Part shown: piece by piece, positions 52,004-64,000 of the stretch
Numbering within the stretch: position 1 is the stretch's first letter
Layout: the number at the start of each line of letters is the position of its first letter
Assembly: GCA_964016885.1 (NCBI GenBank)
Contig: OZ024764.1
Coordinates: 6,014,001-6,078,000 of the forward strand
DNA length: 64,000 nucleotides
Reading direction: 5' to 3'
Origin: Eledone cirrhosa
Taxonomy: Eukaryota
Notes under the pieces: generated by a model
What the model saw: only the letters and a program-made list of their open reading frames with translations
What the model was told of the DNA's origin: nothing
The model's database searches: none
Program-made: the position numbers and the translations under genes

Positions 52004-52256
52004 TTACGTTTATTGATTGGTGCCGCGTGTTTCGCTATTGATCAGCTCAAGGTTTGATCTCTATCGATCTAGCCCCACTCTGGAATCAAAAGCTCATCGG
52101 ACCTCTGCTGTAGTAATACGCCATGTATATTCATTCTGTCATTACCACCACAGAGGTCTGACGAGCTTTTGATTCCAGAGTTGGGGGCTAGATCGGTACA
52201 GATCAAACCTTGAGCTGATCAATAGTGAAACACGTGTCACCAACCAATAAATGTAA
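52004..52256. mobile_element. Penelope-like inverted duplication (about 104-bp arms) containing a hammerhead
   Basis: 52004-52107 is near reverse-complementary to 52151-52256. Confidence 0.8.
52155..52241 (+). ncRNA. Type I hammerhead ribozyme motif with long stem II
   Basis: GGT-CTGACGA-GCT-(about 56 nt)-AGT-GAAA-CACGTG-TC-ACC: core, palindromic stem III ACACGTGT, GUC cleavage triplet at 52236-52238. Confidence 0.75.
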
Positions 52257-52519
52257 GTTTAAGTTCGTACGTGAGGGAAGGTGGGTCTTTATACATATGG
52301 ATATCATCATCATCATCATCATCATCATCATTTTAACGCCTGCGTTCCCTGCTAGGAAGTGTTGGACAGGTCTACATTGACTTAGTCTTTACTGAAATGG
52401 TAGATCTGACAAGCCAGAGATCTGTCACTTATGTATAAGTCATACAGTGGGGAAGTTGTCATGTGTTTGACACAACTGAGGGGGGGCTTCCAACACTTTG
52501 GTTGGTGAGCTTTTTATGG

Positions 52520-55500
52520 GGTGTTGGGGTTGGTGGTGATGATGATGGCGGTGGTGGTGGGGATAGTGGTGGTGGTGGTGGTGGTGGTGTTGGTGTTGGT
52601 GGTGGTGGTGGTGGTGGTGGTGGTGTTGGTGTTGTTGGTGGTGGTGGTGGTGGGGATAGTGATGTAGGTGGTGGTGTTGGTGTTGTTGGTGATGGTGGTG
52701 GTGGTGGTGGTGGGGATAGTGATGTAGGTGGTGGTGTTGGTGATGTTGGTGGTGGTGGGGATAGTGATGTAGGTGGTGGTGTTGGTGTTGTTGTTGGTGG
52801 TGGTGGTGGTGGTGAGGATAGTGATGTTGGTGGTGGTGTTGGTGGTGATGGTGGTGTTGGTGATGTAGGTGGTGGTGTTGGTGGTGGTGGTGGTGGTGGT
52901 GTTGGTGGTGGTGGTGTTGGTGGTGGTGGTGAGGATAGTGATGTAGGTGGTGGTGGTGGTGTTGGTGGTGGTGCTGGTGGTAGTGGTGGTGTTGTTGGTG
53001 ATGATGGGGGTGGTGGTGGTGTTGATGGTGTTGGTGTTGATGTTGGAGGTGGTGTTGTTTGTAATGGTGGTGGTGGTGGTGACGGTGGTGTTGTTGATGG
53101 TGATGATGGTGTTGATGGTGATGATGGTGGTGGTGATGGTGGTGGTGTTGTTGATGGTGATGATGGATATATAATCCCAAGACAAGGTCACTAAGCTGTT
53201 TTATGGATTATATCGACAACTCCTCACTCCTCCCCTTAGAACAACAGTAACAACACCAACAACACAACCATCAAAACACCACCACCACCAAAAACAACAA
53301 CACCATCATCACAACCGCCACCACCACCAAAAACATCAACAACATCACCACCAACAACAACACCATTACCACCATCAATACCACCACCATCATCACCATC
53401 AACAACATCACCACCAACAACAACAATACCATCATCACGACCGCCACCACCAATAACATCAACAACATCACCACTGCGTCCACCAACAACACCATCACCA
53501 CAACCACCAACATCATCATCCCAACCAATACCACCATCACAACCACCACCACCACCAACATCAACACCAATACAACCACAACCATCACCACAACCATCAC
53601 CACAACCATCACAGCCAACACCACCCACAACAGCAACAACACCATCTCAACCACTTCCATCACCACCATCACGACCACCAACAACAAGACCAAGACAACC
53701 ATCACCAGAACCACCAACAACACAACAACAACAACATCAACAACACCATTTCAACACAACCATCATAAAACAACCACCACCAACACCATCAACATCACCA
53801 TCACAACACAACCACCACCAACAACACAACCATCACAACACAACCACCACCAACAACAACACAACCACCACCAACAACAACACAACCATCACAACACAAC
53901 CACCACCAACAACACAACAATCACAACACAACCACCACCAACAATACAACCACCACTAACAACACAACCACCACCAACAACACAACAGACACCAACAACA
54001 CAACCACCACAACACAACCACCACCAAAAACACAACCATCACAACACAACCACCACCAAGAACACAACCATCACAACACAACCACCACTAACAACACAAC
54101 CATCACAACACAACCACCACCACCAACAACACAACCACCACAACACAACCACCACCAACAACAACACAACCACCACCACCAACAACACAACCACCACCAA
54201 CAACACAACCATCACAACACAACCACCACCAACAACACAACCACCACAACACAACCACCACCAAGAACAACCATCACAACACAACCAACAACACAACCAT
54301 CACAACACAACCACCACCAACAACACAACCATCACAACACAACCACCACCAACACCACCACCATCACAACACAACCACCACCAACAACAACACAACCACC
54401 ACCAACAACAACACAACCATCACAACACAACCACCACCAACAACACAACAATCACAACACAACCACCACCAACAATACAACCACCACTAACAACACAACC
54501 ACCACAACACAACCACCACCAACAACACAACCACCACAACACAACAGACACCAACAACACAACCACCACAACACAACCACCACCAAAAACACAACCATCA
54601 CAACACAACCACCACCAAGAACACAACCATCACAACACAACCACCACTAACAACACAACCATCACAACACAACCACCACCAACAACACAACCACCACAAC
54701 ACAACCACCACCAACAACACAACCACCACAACACAACCACCACCAACGACACAACCACCACTAACAACACAACCACCATCACAACACAACCACCGCCAAC
54801 GACACAACCACCACCAACAATACAACCACCACTAACAACACAACCACCACAACACAACCACCACCAACAACACAACCACCACAACACAACAGACACCAAC
54901 AACACAACCACCACAACACAACCACCACCAAAAACACAACCATCACAACACAACCACCACCAAGAACACAACCATCACAACACAACCACCACTAACAACA
55001 CAACCATCACAACACAACCATCACAACACAACCACCACCAACAACACAACCACCACAACACAACCACCACCAACAACACAACCACCACAACACAACCACC
55101 ACCAACGACACAACCACCACTAACAACACAACCACCATCACAACACAACCACCGCCAACGACACAACCACCACTAACAACACAACCACCATCACAACACA
55201 ACCACCACAACACAACCACCACCAACAACACAACCACCACTAACAACACAACCACCACCAACAACACAACCACCATCACAACACAACCACCACAACACAA
55301 CCACCGCCAACGACACAACCACCACTAACAACACAACCACCATCACAACACAACCACCATCACAACACAACCACCACAACACAACCACCACCAACAACAC
55401 AACCACCACTAACAACACAACCACCATCACAACACAACCACCACTAACAACACAACCACCACCACAACACAACCACCACAACACAACCACCACTAACAAC

Positions 55501-56295
55501 AACACAACCACCATCACAACACAACCACCACTAACAACACAACCACCGCCAACGACACAACCACCACTAACAACACAACCACCATCACACAACCACCACC
55601 AACGACACAACCACCACTAACAACACAACCACCATCACAACACAACCACCACCACAACACAACCACCACTAACAACAACACAACCACCATCACAACACAA
55701 CCACCACCAACAACACAACCACCACTAACAACACAACCATCACAACACAACCACCGCCAACAACACAACCACCACCAATGACACAACCACCACCACTGCC
55801 ACCACCACCAATAACAACACAACCACCACAACACAACCACCACCAACAACACAACCACCACTAACAACACAACCACCATCACAACACAACCACCACTAAC
55901 AACACAACCACCATCACAACACAACCACCACCACAACACAACCACCACAACACAACCACCACTAACAACAACACAACCACCATCACAACACAACCACCAC
56001 TAACAACACAACCACCATCACAACACAACCACCGCCAACGACACAACCACCACTAACAACACAACCACCATCACACAACCACCACCAACGACACAACCAC
56101 CACTAACAACACAACCACCATCACAACACAACCACCACTAACAACAACACAACCACCATCACAACACAACCACCACCAACAACACAACCATCACAACACA
56201 ACCACCGCCAACAACACAACCACCACCAATGACACAACCACCACCACTGCCACCACCACCAACAACAACACAACCACCACCACCACCACCACAAC
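52520..56295. repeat. (GGT)n-type tract (52520-53165) followed by CAA/CCA-rich minisatellite (53240-56295)
   Basis: Directly visible. Confidence 0.92.
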
Positions 56296-56561
56296 ATTAT
56301 TTTCTATTCTATTGATCTCAAAAGAATCAATATCCATGAGTGAAATTACTGACTAGAATTTCCAATAATATTGATTGATTGTTTTTGGTAGGTGTGGTAT
56401 TGATTGGGCTGATTCATTGGAAGCAGTGGAGCGGAACCGAACGTATTTCTGTGTTTATAGTTGTGATCTATTAGATTAGGGGTTCAACTACAACTGGGGT
56501 CAACTATCTGGCCCCCTTTAAGTATTCAATGAACATGATGGGTCCCATAATTGTGGTTGAG

Positions 56562-59555
56562 TGGTAAGGGTGTCGAACTGGATGGTGTGTGGTCTAGTAG
56601 TAAGGGTGTTGGAGTGGATGGTGTGTGGTCTAGTGGTTAGGGTGTTGGACTGGATGGTGTGTGGTCAAGTGGTTAGGGTGTTGGACTGGATGGTGTGTGG
56701 TCTAGTAGTAAGGGTGTTGGAGTGGATGGTGTGTGGTCTAGTGGTTAGGGTGTCGGACTGGATGGTGTGTGGTCTAGTAGTAAGGGTGTTGGACTGGATG
56801 GTGTGTGGTCTAGTGGTTAGGGTGTTGGAGTGGATGGTGTGTGGTCTAGTGGTTAGGGTGTTGGACTGGATGGTGTGTGGTCTAGTGGTTAGGGTGTTGC
56901 ACTGGATGGTGTGTGGTCTAGTGGTTAGGGTGTTGGACTGGTTGGTGTGTGGTCTAGTGGTAAGGGTGTTGGACTGATTGGTGTGTGGTCTAGTGGTTAG
57001 GGTGTTGGACTGGATGGTGTGTGGTCTAGTGGTTAGGGTGTTGCACTGGATGGTGTGTGGTCTAGTGGTTAGGGTGTTGGACTGGATGGTGTGTGGTCTA
57101 GTAGTAGGGGTGTTGGAGTGGATGGTGTGTGGTCTAGTAGTAGGGGTGTTGGACTGGTTGGTGTGTGGTCTAGTTGTTAGGGTGTTGGACTGGATGGTGT
57201 GTGGTCTAGTGGTTAGGGTGTTGGAGTGGATGGTGTTTGGTCTAGTGGTTAGGGTGTTGGACTGGTTGGTGTGTGGTCTAGTGGTAAGGGTGTTGGACTG
57301 GTTGGTGTGTGGTCTAGTGGTTAGGGTGTTGGACTGGATGGTGTGTGGTCTAGTGGTTAGGGTGTTGGAGTGGATGGTGTTTGGTCTAGTGGTTAGGGTG
57401 TTGGACTGGTTGGTGTGTGGTCTAGTGGTAAGGGTGTTGGACTGGTTGGTGTGTGGTCTAGTGGTTAGGGTGTTGGACTGGATGGTGTGTGGTCTAGTGG
57501 TTAGGGTGTTGCACTGGATGGTGTGTGGTCTAGTGGTTAGGGTGTTGGACTGGATGGTGTGTGGTCTAGTGGTTAGGGTGTTGGAGTGGATGGTGTGTGG
57601 TCTAGTGGTAAGGGTGTTGGACTGTATCGTGTGTGGTCTAGTGGTTAGGGTGTTGGACTGGTTGGTGTGTGGTCAAGTGGTTAGGGTGTTGGACTGGATG
57701 GTGTGTGGTCTAATGGTAAGGGTGTTGGAGTGGATGGTGTGTGGTCTAGTGGTTAGGGTGTTGGACTGGTTGGTGTGTGGTCTAGTGGTTAGGGTGTTGG
57801 AGTGGATGGTGTGTGGTCTAGTGGTAAGGGGGTTGGACTGGATGGTGTGTGGTCTAGTGGTTAGGGTGTTGGACTGGATGGTGTGTGGTCTAGTGGTTAG
57901 GGTGTTGGACTGGATGGTGTGTGGTCTAGTGGTTAGGGTGTTGCACTGGATGGTGTGTGCTCTAGTGGTTAGGGTGTTGGACTGGATGGTGTGTGGTCTA
58001 GTGGTTAGGGTGTTGGACTGGATGGTGTGTGGTCTAGTGGTTAGGGTGTTGGACTGGATGGTGTGTGGTCTAGTGGTTAGGGTGTTGGACTGGTTGGTGT
58101 GTGGTCTAGTGGTTAGGGTGTTGGACTGGATGGTGTGTGGTCTAGTGGTTAGGGTGTTGGACTGGTTGGTGTGTGGTCTAGTGGTTAGGGTGTTGGACTG
58201 GATGGTGTGTAGTCTAGTGGTAAGGGTGTTGGACTGGATGGTGTGTGGTCTAGTGGTTAGGGTGTTGGACTGGATGGTGTGTGGTCTAGTGGTTAGGGTG
58301 TTGCACTGGATGGTGTGTGGTCTAGTGGTTAGGGTGTTGCACTGGATGGTGTGTGGTCTAGTAGTTAGGGTGTTGGACTGGATGGTGTGTGGTCTAGTGG
58401 TTAGGGTGTTGGACTGGATGGTGTGTGGTCTAGTGGTTAGGGTGTTGGACTGGATGGTGTGTGGTCTAGTGGTTAGGGTGTTGGATTGGTTGGTGTGTGG
58501 TCTAGTGGTTAGGGTGTTGGACTGGATGGTGTGTGGTCTAGTAGTTAGGGTGTTGGAGTGGATGGTGTGTGGTCTAGTGGTTAGGGTGTTGGAGTGGATG
58601 GTGTGTGATCTAGTAGTTAGGGTGTTGGACTGGATGGTGTGTGGTCTAGTAGTTAGGGTGTTGGACTGGATGGTGTGTGGTCTAGTGGTTAGGGTGTTGG
58701 ACTGGATGGTGTGTGGTCTAGTGGTTAGGGTGTTGGACTGGATGGTGTGTGGTCTAGTGGTTAGGGTGTTGGACTGGTTGGTGTGTGGCCTAGGGGTTAG
58801 GGTGTTGGACTGGATGGTGTGTGGTCTAATGGTAAGGGTGTTAGACTGGATGGTGTGTGGTCTAGTGGTTAGGGTGTTGGACTGGTTGGTGTGTGGTCTA
58901 GTGGTTAGGGTGTTGGAGTGGATGGTGTGTGGTCTAGTAGTTAGGGTGCTGGAGTGGATGGTGTGTGGTCTAGTAGTTAGGGTGTTAGACTGGATGGTGT
59001 GTGGTCTAGTGGTTAGGGTGTTGGACTGGATGGTGTGTGGTCTAGTGGTTAGGGTGTTGGACTGGATGGTGTGTGGTCTAGTGGTTAGGGTGTTAGACTG
59101 GATGGTGTGTGGTCTAGTGGTTAGGGTGTTGGACTGGATGGTGTGTGGTCTAGTGGTTAGGGTGTTGGAGTGGATGGTGTGTGATCTAGTGGTTAGGGTG
59201 TTGGACTGGATGGTGTGTGGTCTAGTGGTTAGGGTGTTGGAGTGGATGGTGTGTGGTCTAGTGGTTAGGGTGTTGGAGTGGATGGTGTGTGGTCTAGTGG
59301 TTAGGGTGTTGGACTGGATGGTGTGTGGTCTAGTGGTTAGGGTGTTGGAGTGGATGGTGTGTGGCTGAGTGGTTAGGGTGTTGGATGGATGGTGTGTGGT
59401 CTAGTGGGTAGGGTGTTGGACTGGATGGTGTGTGGTCTAGTGGTTAGGGTGTTGGACTGGTTGGTGTGTGGTCTAGTGGTTAGGGTGTTGGACTGGATGG
59501 TGTGTGGTCTAGTGGTTAGGGTGTTGGACTGGATGGTGTGTGGTCTAGTGGTTAG
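56562..59555 (+). repeat. 36-bp minisatellite (ATGGTGTGTGGTCTAGTGGTTAGGGTGTTGGACTGG), about 83 copies, derived from a SINE tRNA head
   Basis: Each unit has the Pol III A-box-like TGGTCTAGTGG. Unit variant 58783-58804 is identical over 22 nt to the SINE head at 61487-61508. Confidence 0.93.
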
Positions 59556-60548
59556 AAGTGGGCCGAGTGTAAACTATCCTTGAAAGGTTGAGCGGAGGTG
59601 GCGAACACTTTTATAGCGTCTGTCATCTACTATCGCTTGACCGTCGTGCCTTGTCCAGCCAAAACGCTCACCAGAATGGAGCGCGCGCTCTTCCAATTCC
59701 TTTGGAAGAAGCGTGCCCCTTTGGTGAGAAGGTCCATCTGCTGCCAACACCCGTCCAATGGAGGGCTGGGGATGCCGTGGCTGACGATGCACAAACACGC
59801 GCTCAGGCTGTGGCATCTCTACGTATTCCTCACCGGACAACCGGTGTGGGCCCCGTTCGTCAGGCGAGCCTTCCTACGACTCGTCTCGCTGACCGAGCTG
59901 CAGTCCTGGGTCAAGCAAAGACCGAGGAAAATGGGCGACTGGCACATCGAATGTGCTCAGGCACTCACAGCCCTCTGGCAGGCGGACCCGGCGATCAGTG
60001 GAGACTCCACTTCGTCATTCTATAGAGGGTTGATCCGCAGCAAGTGTGACAACGCGCTCGGAGAAACTCTAGGCGTAGAGGAAGACAAACTGGCCAGTCT
60101 GTTCGGTAGGACCTTCCGCCCGGGACCGATGGACAACTTCCAAAAGTCCCTGGCCTGGCAGTGCTACCAAGGAGCTCTACCAGTCCGAGACAAGCTCTAT
60201 GGAGAGAGAGGTGGTGTACCCCAGCAAGTTTTATGAAAGTTTTATGAAAGGTGGGTGAAAGTGGCGAGAATGGGCCGAGTGAATGGGCCTTCTCTCTATA
60301 TCAGCCTGTAGGTTGAGGAAAAAGAGGAAGAGAGGAATGGGGTACTCACTCTTCGTACTCCTGGAGATGAGGGTTGCACATTTTTTCGGGGGTATGTGTT
60401 ACCCATACGAAATGTCTCCCCCTATTGGGGAAAATTGATTAATTTTTAAATTGCATTTGTGATAATATTTTACACGTTTTTATTGTATATAAACTCCCCC
60501 CTTTGTATTTGTCCCCTTCTTTTGTGCCCCTGTGGCTAATAAAGAAAC
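59554..60548 (+). mobile_element. 5'-truncated Tx1 LINE with internal deletion
   Basis: Homologous to about 20030-21368 but lacking about 20676-21031; ends AATAAAGAAAC followed by (TC)/(TCTA)n. Confidence 0.93.
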
Positions 60549-61482
60549 ATATCTCTCTATCTATCTATCTGTCTGTCTGTCTGTCTATCCACCCAACCAT
60601 CCATTGATCCACCCATCTAACCATTGAATCATCCAAGTATACATCCAGTTCGATTTGTAATCTATATATATATATCAATTTCATGTTCACCCTCTCCATC
60701 TCCCCCCTCTTCTCCCATCTTTTCCAACAATAGAAAAGCTATCAATTTCTCCTCCTCCTCCTCCTCTTTCCCTCCTTATTTGTTCTCTCTCTCTTTATCT
60801 CTGTCTCTTTCTCTCCTTTTTTTTTATCTCTATCAATTTCTCCCTTCTCTCCTCTCCTCTCCTCCACTTCTCCTCTGTCTCTTTATCTCTCCCTCTCCTT
60901 CTCTCTCTCCGCTTCAATACCTCTCACTATTCCCCCCCCCCCCCTCTCTGTCATACTACTTCATACCACCCCTCCCTCCCTCTCTCAGTTCACAGTTCAA
61001 ATTATTTCATTGATTTACTATTGCTGTGTTCCCTGCCCCCCCCCCCCCACCCTGATGCTGTAGTGGTGGTGAGGTTGTGGAGTGGTGGTGGTGTGGTGGT
61101 GTAGTAGCGGTGGTGGTGTAGTAGTGGTGGTGGTGTGGTGGAGTAGTGGTGGTGGTGGTGGTGTAGTAATGGTGGTGGTGGTGAGGTTGTGGAGTAGTGG
61201 TGGTGGTGGTGGTGTAGTAGCGGTGGTGGTGTAGTAGTGGTGGTGGTGTGGTTGTGTTGTTGTAGTGGTGGTGGTGGTGGTGGTGTGGTTGTGTTGTAGT
61301 GGTGGTGGTGGTGGTGTTGTAGCGGTGGTTGTGGAGTAGTGGTGGTGGTGGTGGTGGTCTCATGAAATTTTTTTAAAAGTTGTGATCCTGTCACAGCTTT
61401 TTCAGTAGCGGCGAGAATTCTAGACAGCTATTTCTGGGTTTTTATCCATCATCAGTGACATTTACTCACTACTATATAGTAG

Positions 61483-61738
61483 ACGCGTGTGGCCTAGGGG
61501 TTAGGGTGCCGAACCTATGAACATTATGTCTTGTGTTGTATTCTTGAGCATAACACTTCATTTCCTGTTCTTCCTGTATACTCAGCTGAAAATGAGTACT
61601 AGCAATAGCTGGGAATTAACCCTATGAAGGACTGGCATCCTGTCCAGGTATGAGTTTTGTCTTCCCACTCAATTAACCCCAATAAAAGCCAGAGTGAGCA
61701 CCAGGTACTGAGTTTCAGAGCTTGGCACAAACTTTAAA
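61483..61738 (+). mobile_element. Degenerate tRNA-derived SINE, family C, with V-domain-like core (GGACTGGCATCCTGTCCAGG)
   Basis: A-box-like head, TTGAGCA...ACTCAGCTG body, core resembling the V-SINE conserved domain (recalled consensus). Confidence 0.65.
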
Positions 61739-61767
61739 TTATTTATGCATATATGTATGTGTGTTTT

Positions 61768-63998
61768 TCTCTAAAAGTGAAAGGCAGATTGTATGATGCA
61801 TGCATACGAACGGCGATATTACATGGTAGTGAGACTTGGGTGTTGTGTGCTGAAGACTTGTGTAGATTAGAAAGAAATGAAGCTTGCATGCTCCGATGGA
61901 TGTGTAATAGTAATGTACGCGAATGGCAAATGTTATGTTCTGGAGAGGAAATTGCGTTGGTATGGCCATGTGATGCGTATGAAGGACAACAGCTGTATAA
62001 GAAATTGCAGAGCAATCGAAATTGATGGAAGCTACGGAGTGGGGAGACCGAGAAAAACCTGGGACGAGGTGATAAAAACTGACCTTGCACACTTGCACCT
62101 CTCTAAGACAATGTCACTGGATCGAGATCTTTGGCGCCATGCAGTAATACAGTAGACCTACTTTCCCTTGTATACGAACTTAAACCTACAGTCAGTAGGC
62201 CCCACATAACCAAATATACACCCCAACCCACTACCCCTACCCCATCCTCCCATTTCCGCCCACTGTGTCGGTGTCACAACAAAAAGCACCCAGTCCACAC
62301 TGTAAAGTGGTCGTGTAGGTGTCACAACAAAAAGTACCCAGTCCACACTGTAAAGTGGTCGTGTAGGTGTCACAACAAAAAGCACCCAGTCCACAATGTA
62401 AAGTGGTCATGTAGGTGTCACAACAAAAAGCACCCAGTCCACAATGTAAAGTGGTCATGTAGGTGTCACAACAAAAAGTACCCAGTCCACACTGTAAAGT
62501 GGTCATGTAGGTGTCACAACAAAAAGTACCCAGTCCACACTGTAAAGTGGTCATGTAGGTGTCACAACAAAAAGTACCCAGTCCACACTGTAAAGTGGTC
62601 GTGTAGGTGTCACAACAAAAAGTACCCAGTCCACAATGTAAAGTGGTCATGTAGGTGTCACAACAAAAAGTACCCAGTCCACACTGTAAAGTGGTCGTGT
62701 AGGTGTCACAACAAAAAGCACCCAGTCCACAATGTAAAGTGGTCATGTAGGTGTCACAACAAAAAGTACCCAGTCCACACTGTAAAGTGGTCGTGTAGGT
62801 GTCACAACAAAAAGCACCCAGTCCACAATGTAAAGTGGTCATGTAGGTGTCACAACAAAAAGCGCCCAGTCCACACTGTAAAGTGGTCGTGTAGGTGTCA
62901 CAACAAAAAGCACCCAGTCCACACTGTAAAGTGGTCGTGTAGGTGTCACAACAAAAAGCACCCAGTCCACAATGTAAAGTGGTCATGTAGGTGTCACAAC
63001 AAAAAGTACCCAGTCCACACTGTAAAGTGGTCGTGTAGGTGTCACAACAAAAAGCACCCAGTCCACACTGTAAAGTGGTCGTGTAGGTGTCACAACAAAA
63101 AGCACCCAGTCCACAATGTAAAGTGGTCATGTAGGTGTCACAACAAAAAGCACCCAGTCCACACTGTAAAGTGGTCGTGTAGGTGTCACAACAAAAAGCA
63201 CCCAGTCCACAATGTAAAGTGGTCATGTAGGTGTCACAACAAAAAGTACCCAGTCCACACTGTAAAGTGGTCGTGTAGGTGTCACAACAAAAAGCACCCA
63301 GTCCACACTGTAAAGTGGTCGTGTAGGTGTCACAACAAAAAGTACCCAGTCCACACTGTAAAGTGGTCGTGTAGGTGTCACAACAAAAAGCGCCCAGTCC
63401 ACACTGTAAAGTGGTCGTGTAGGTGTCACAACAAAAAGTACCCAGTCCACACTGTAAAGTGGTCATGTAGGTGTCACAACAAGTACCCAGTCCACACTGT
63501 AAAGTGGTCGTGTAGGTGTCACAACAAAAAGCACCCAGTCCACACTGTAAAGTGGTCGTGTAGGTGTCACAACAAAAAGCACCCAGTCCACACTGTAAAG
63601 TGGTCGTGTAGGTGTCACAACAAAAAGCGCCCAGTCCACACTGTAAAGTGGTCGTGTAGGTGTCACAACAAAAAGCGCCCAGTCCACACTGTAAAGTGGT
63701 CGTGTAGGTGTCACAACAAAAAGCGCCCAGTCCACACTGTAAAGTGGTTGTGTAGGTGTCACAACAAAAAGCGCCCAGTCCACACTGTAAAGTGGTCATG
63801 TAGGTGTCACAACAAAAAGCGCCCAGTCCACACTGTAAAGGTGGTTGGTGTTAGGAAGGGCATCCAGCCGTAGAAAACCTGCCAGATACAGTCCTATAAG
63901 AGCGAGACACGGTCTCCCAGCCAATCCCACATCAAATGGAACAAAACCGTCTAACCCATGCTAGCGTGGAAGATGGACATTAAATGATTATGATGATC
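61768..63998 (+). pseudogene. 5'-truncated RTE LINE whose 3' UTR contains an expanded 48-bp array
   Basis: KVKGRLYDAC...HGSETW, RKLRWYGHVMRM, GRPRKTWDEVIK; 3' UTR and GAT tail at the window end. Confidence 0.85.
62263..63840. repeat. 48-bp minisatellite (GTGGTCGTGTAGGTGTCACAACAAAAAGCACCCAGTCCACACTGTAAA), about 33 copies
   Basis: Directly visible; the same module is present in 1-3 copies in other RTE/SINE copies (22740, 24740-24840, 51465-51575). Confidence 0.96.
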
Positions 63999-64000
63999 TA

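Noticed and set aside
56978-59368. 796-aa ORF (MVCGLVVRVLDW)n
   Set aside because: A 36-bp unit that is a multiple of 3 and lacks stops by chance; no coding evidence.
56562-59555. Telomere or interstitial telomeric array
   Set aside because: TTAGGG occurs singly within a 36-bp unit, not as tandem hexamers.
62131-63873. 580-aa Cys/His-rich ORF resembling a zinc-finger or multiheme (CxxCH-like) repeat
   Set aside because: Translation of the 48-bp non-coding LINE UTR module; spacing fits neither C2H2 nor CXXCH.

Overview
Repeat-dense eukaryotic animal DNA. It is most likely a cephalopod/Octopus-type genome, inferred from the (TA)n density and the tRNA-derived SINE and RTE families. The only recognisable host gene segment is the 63-nt first coding exon of CUX1/CASP (27043-27105, +, MAANVQSMCQYWKKFHLKDLQ|gtaag), so 27106-64000 is probably its first intron. 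A 200-N gap lies just upstream of it. Main mobile elements: (1) one full-length L1/Tx1-clade LINE with two intact ORFs (about 15721-21368), nested in a TTAA-flanked MITE; (2) three 5'-truncated relatives whose 3' ends all abut TCTAT-type sequence; (3) RTE-clade LINE fragments and SINEs that share their 3' tail; (4) several short Penelope-like/retrozyme elements carrying minimal hammerhead ribozyme motifs, mostly as inverted duplications. Large minisatellites (82, 28, 111, 72, 32/40/78, 54, 36 and 48 bp units) fill much of the window, and most can be traced to sub-segments of SINEs, LINEs or MITEs present elsewhere in the same window. Nearly all other ORFs in the track are translations of simple or tandem repeats.
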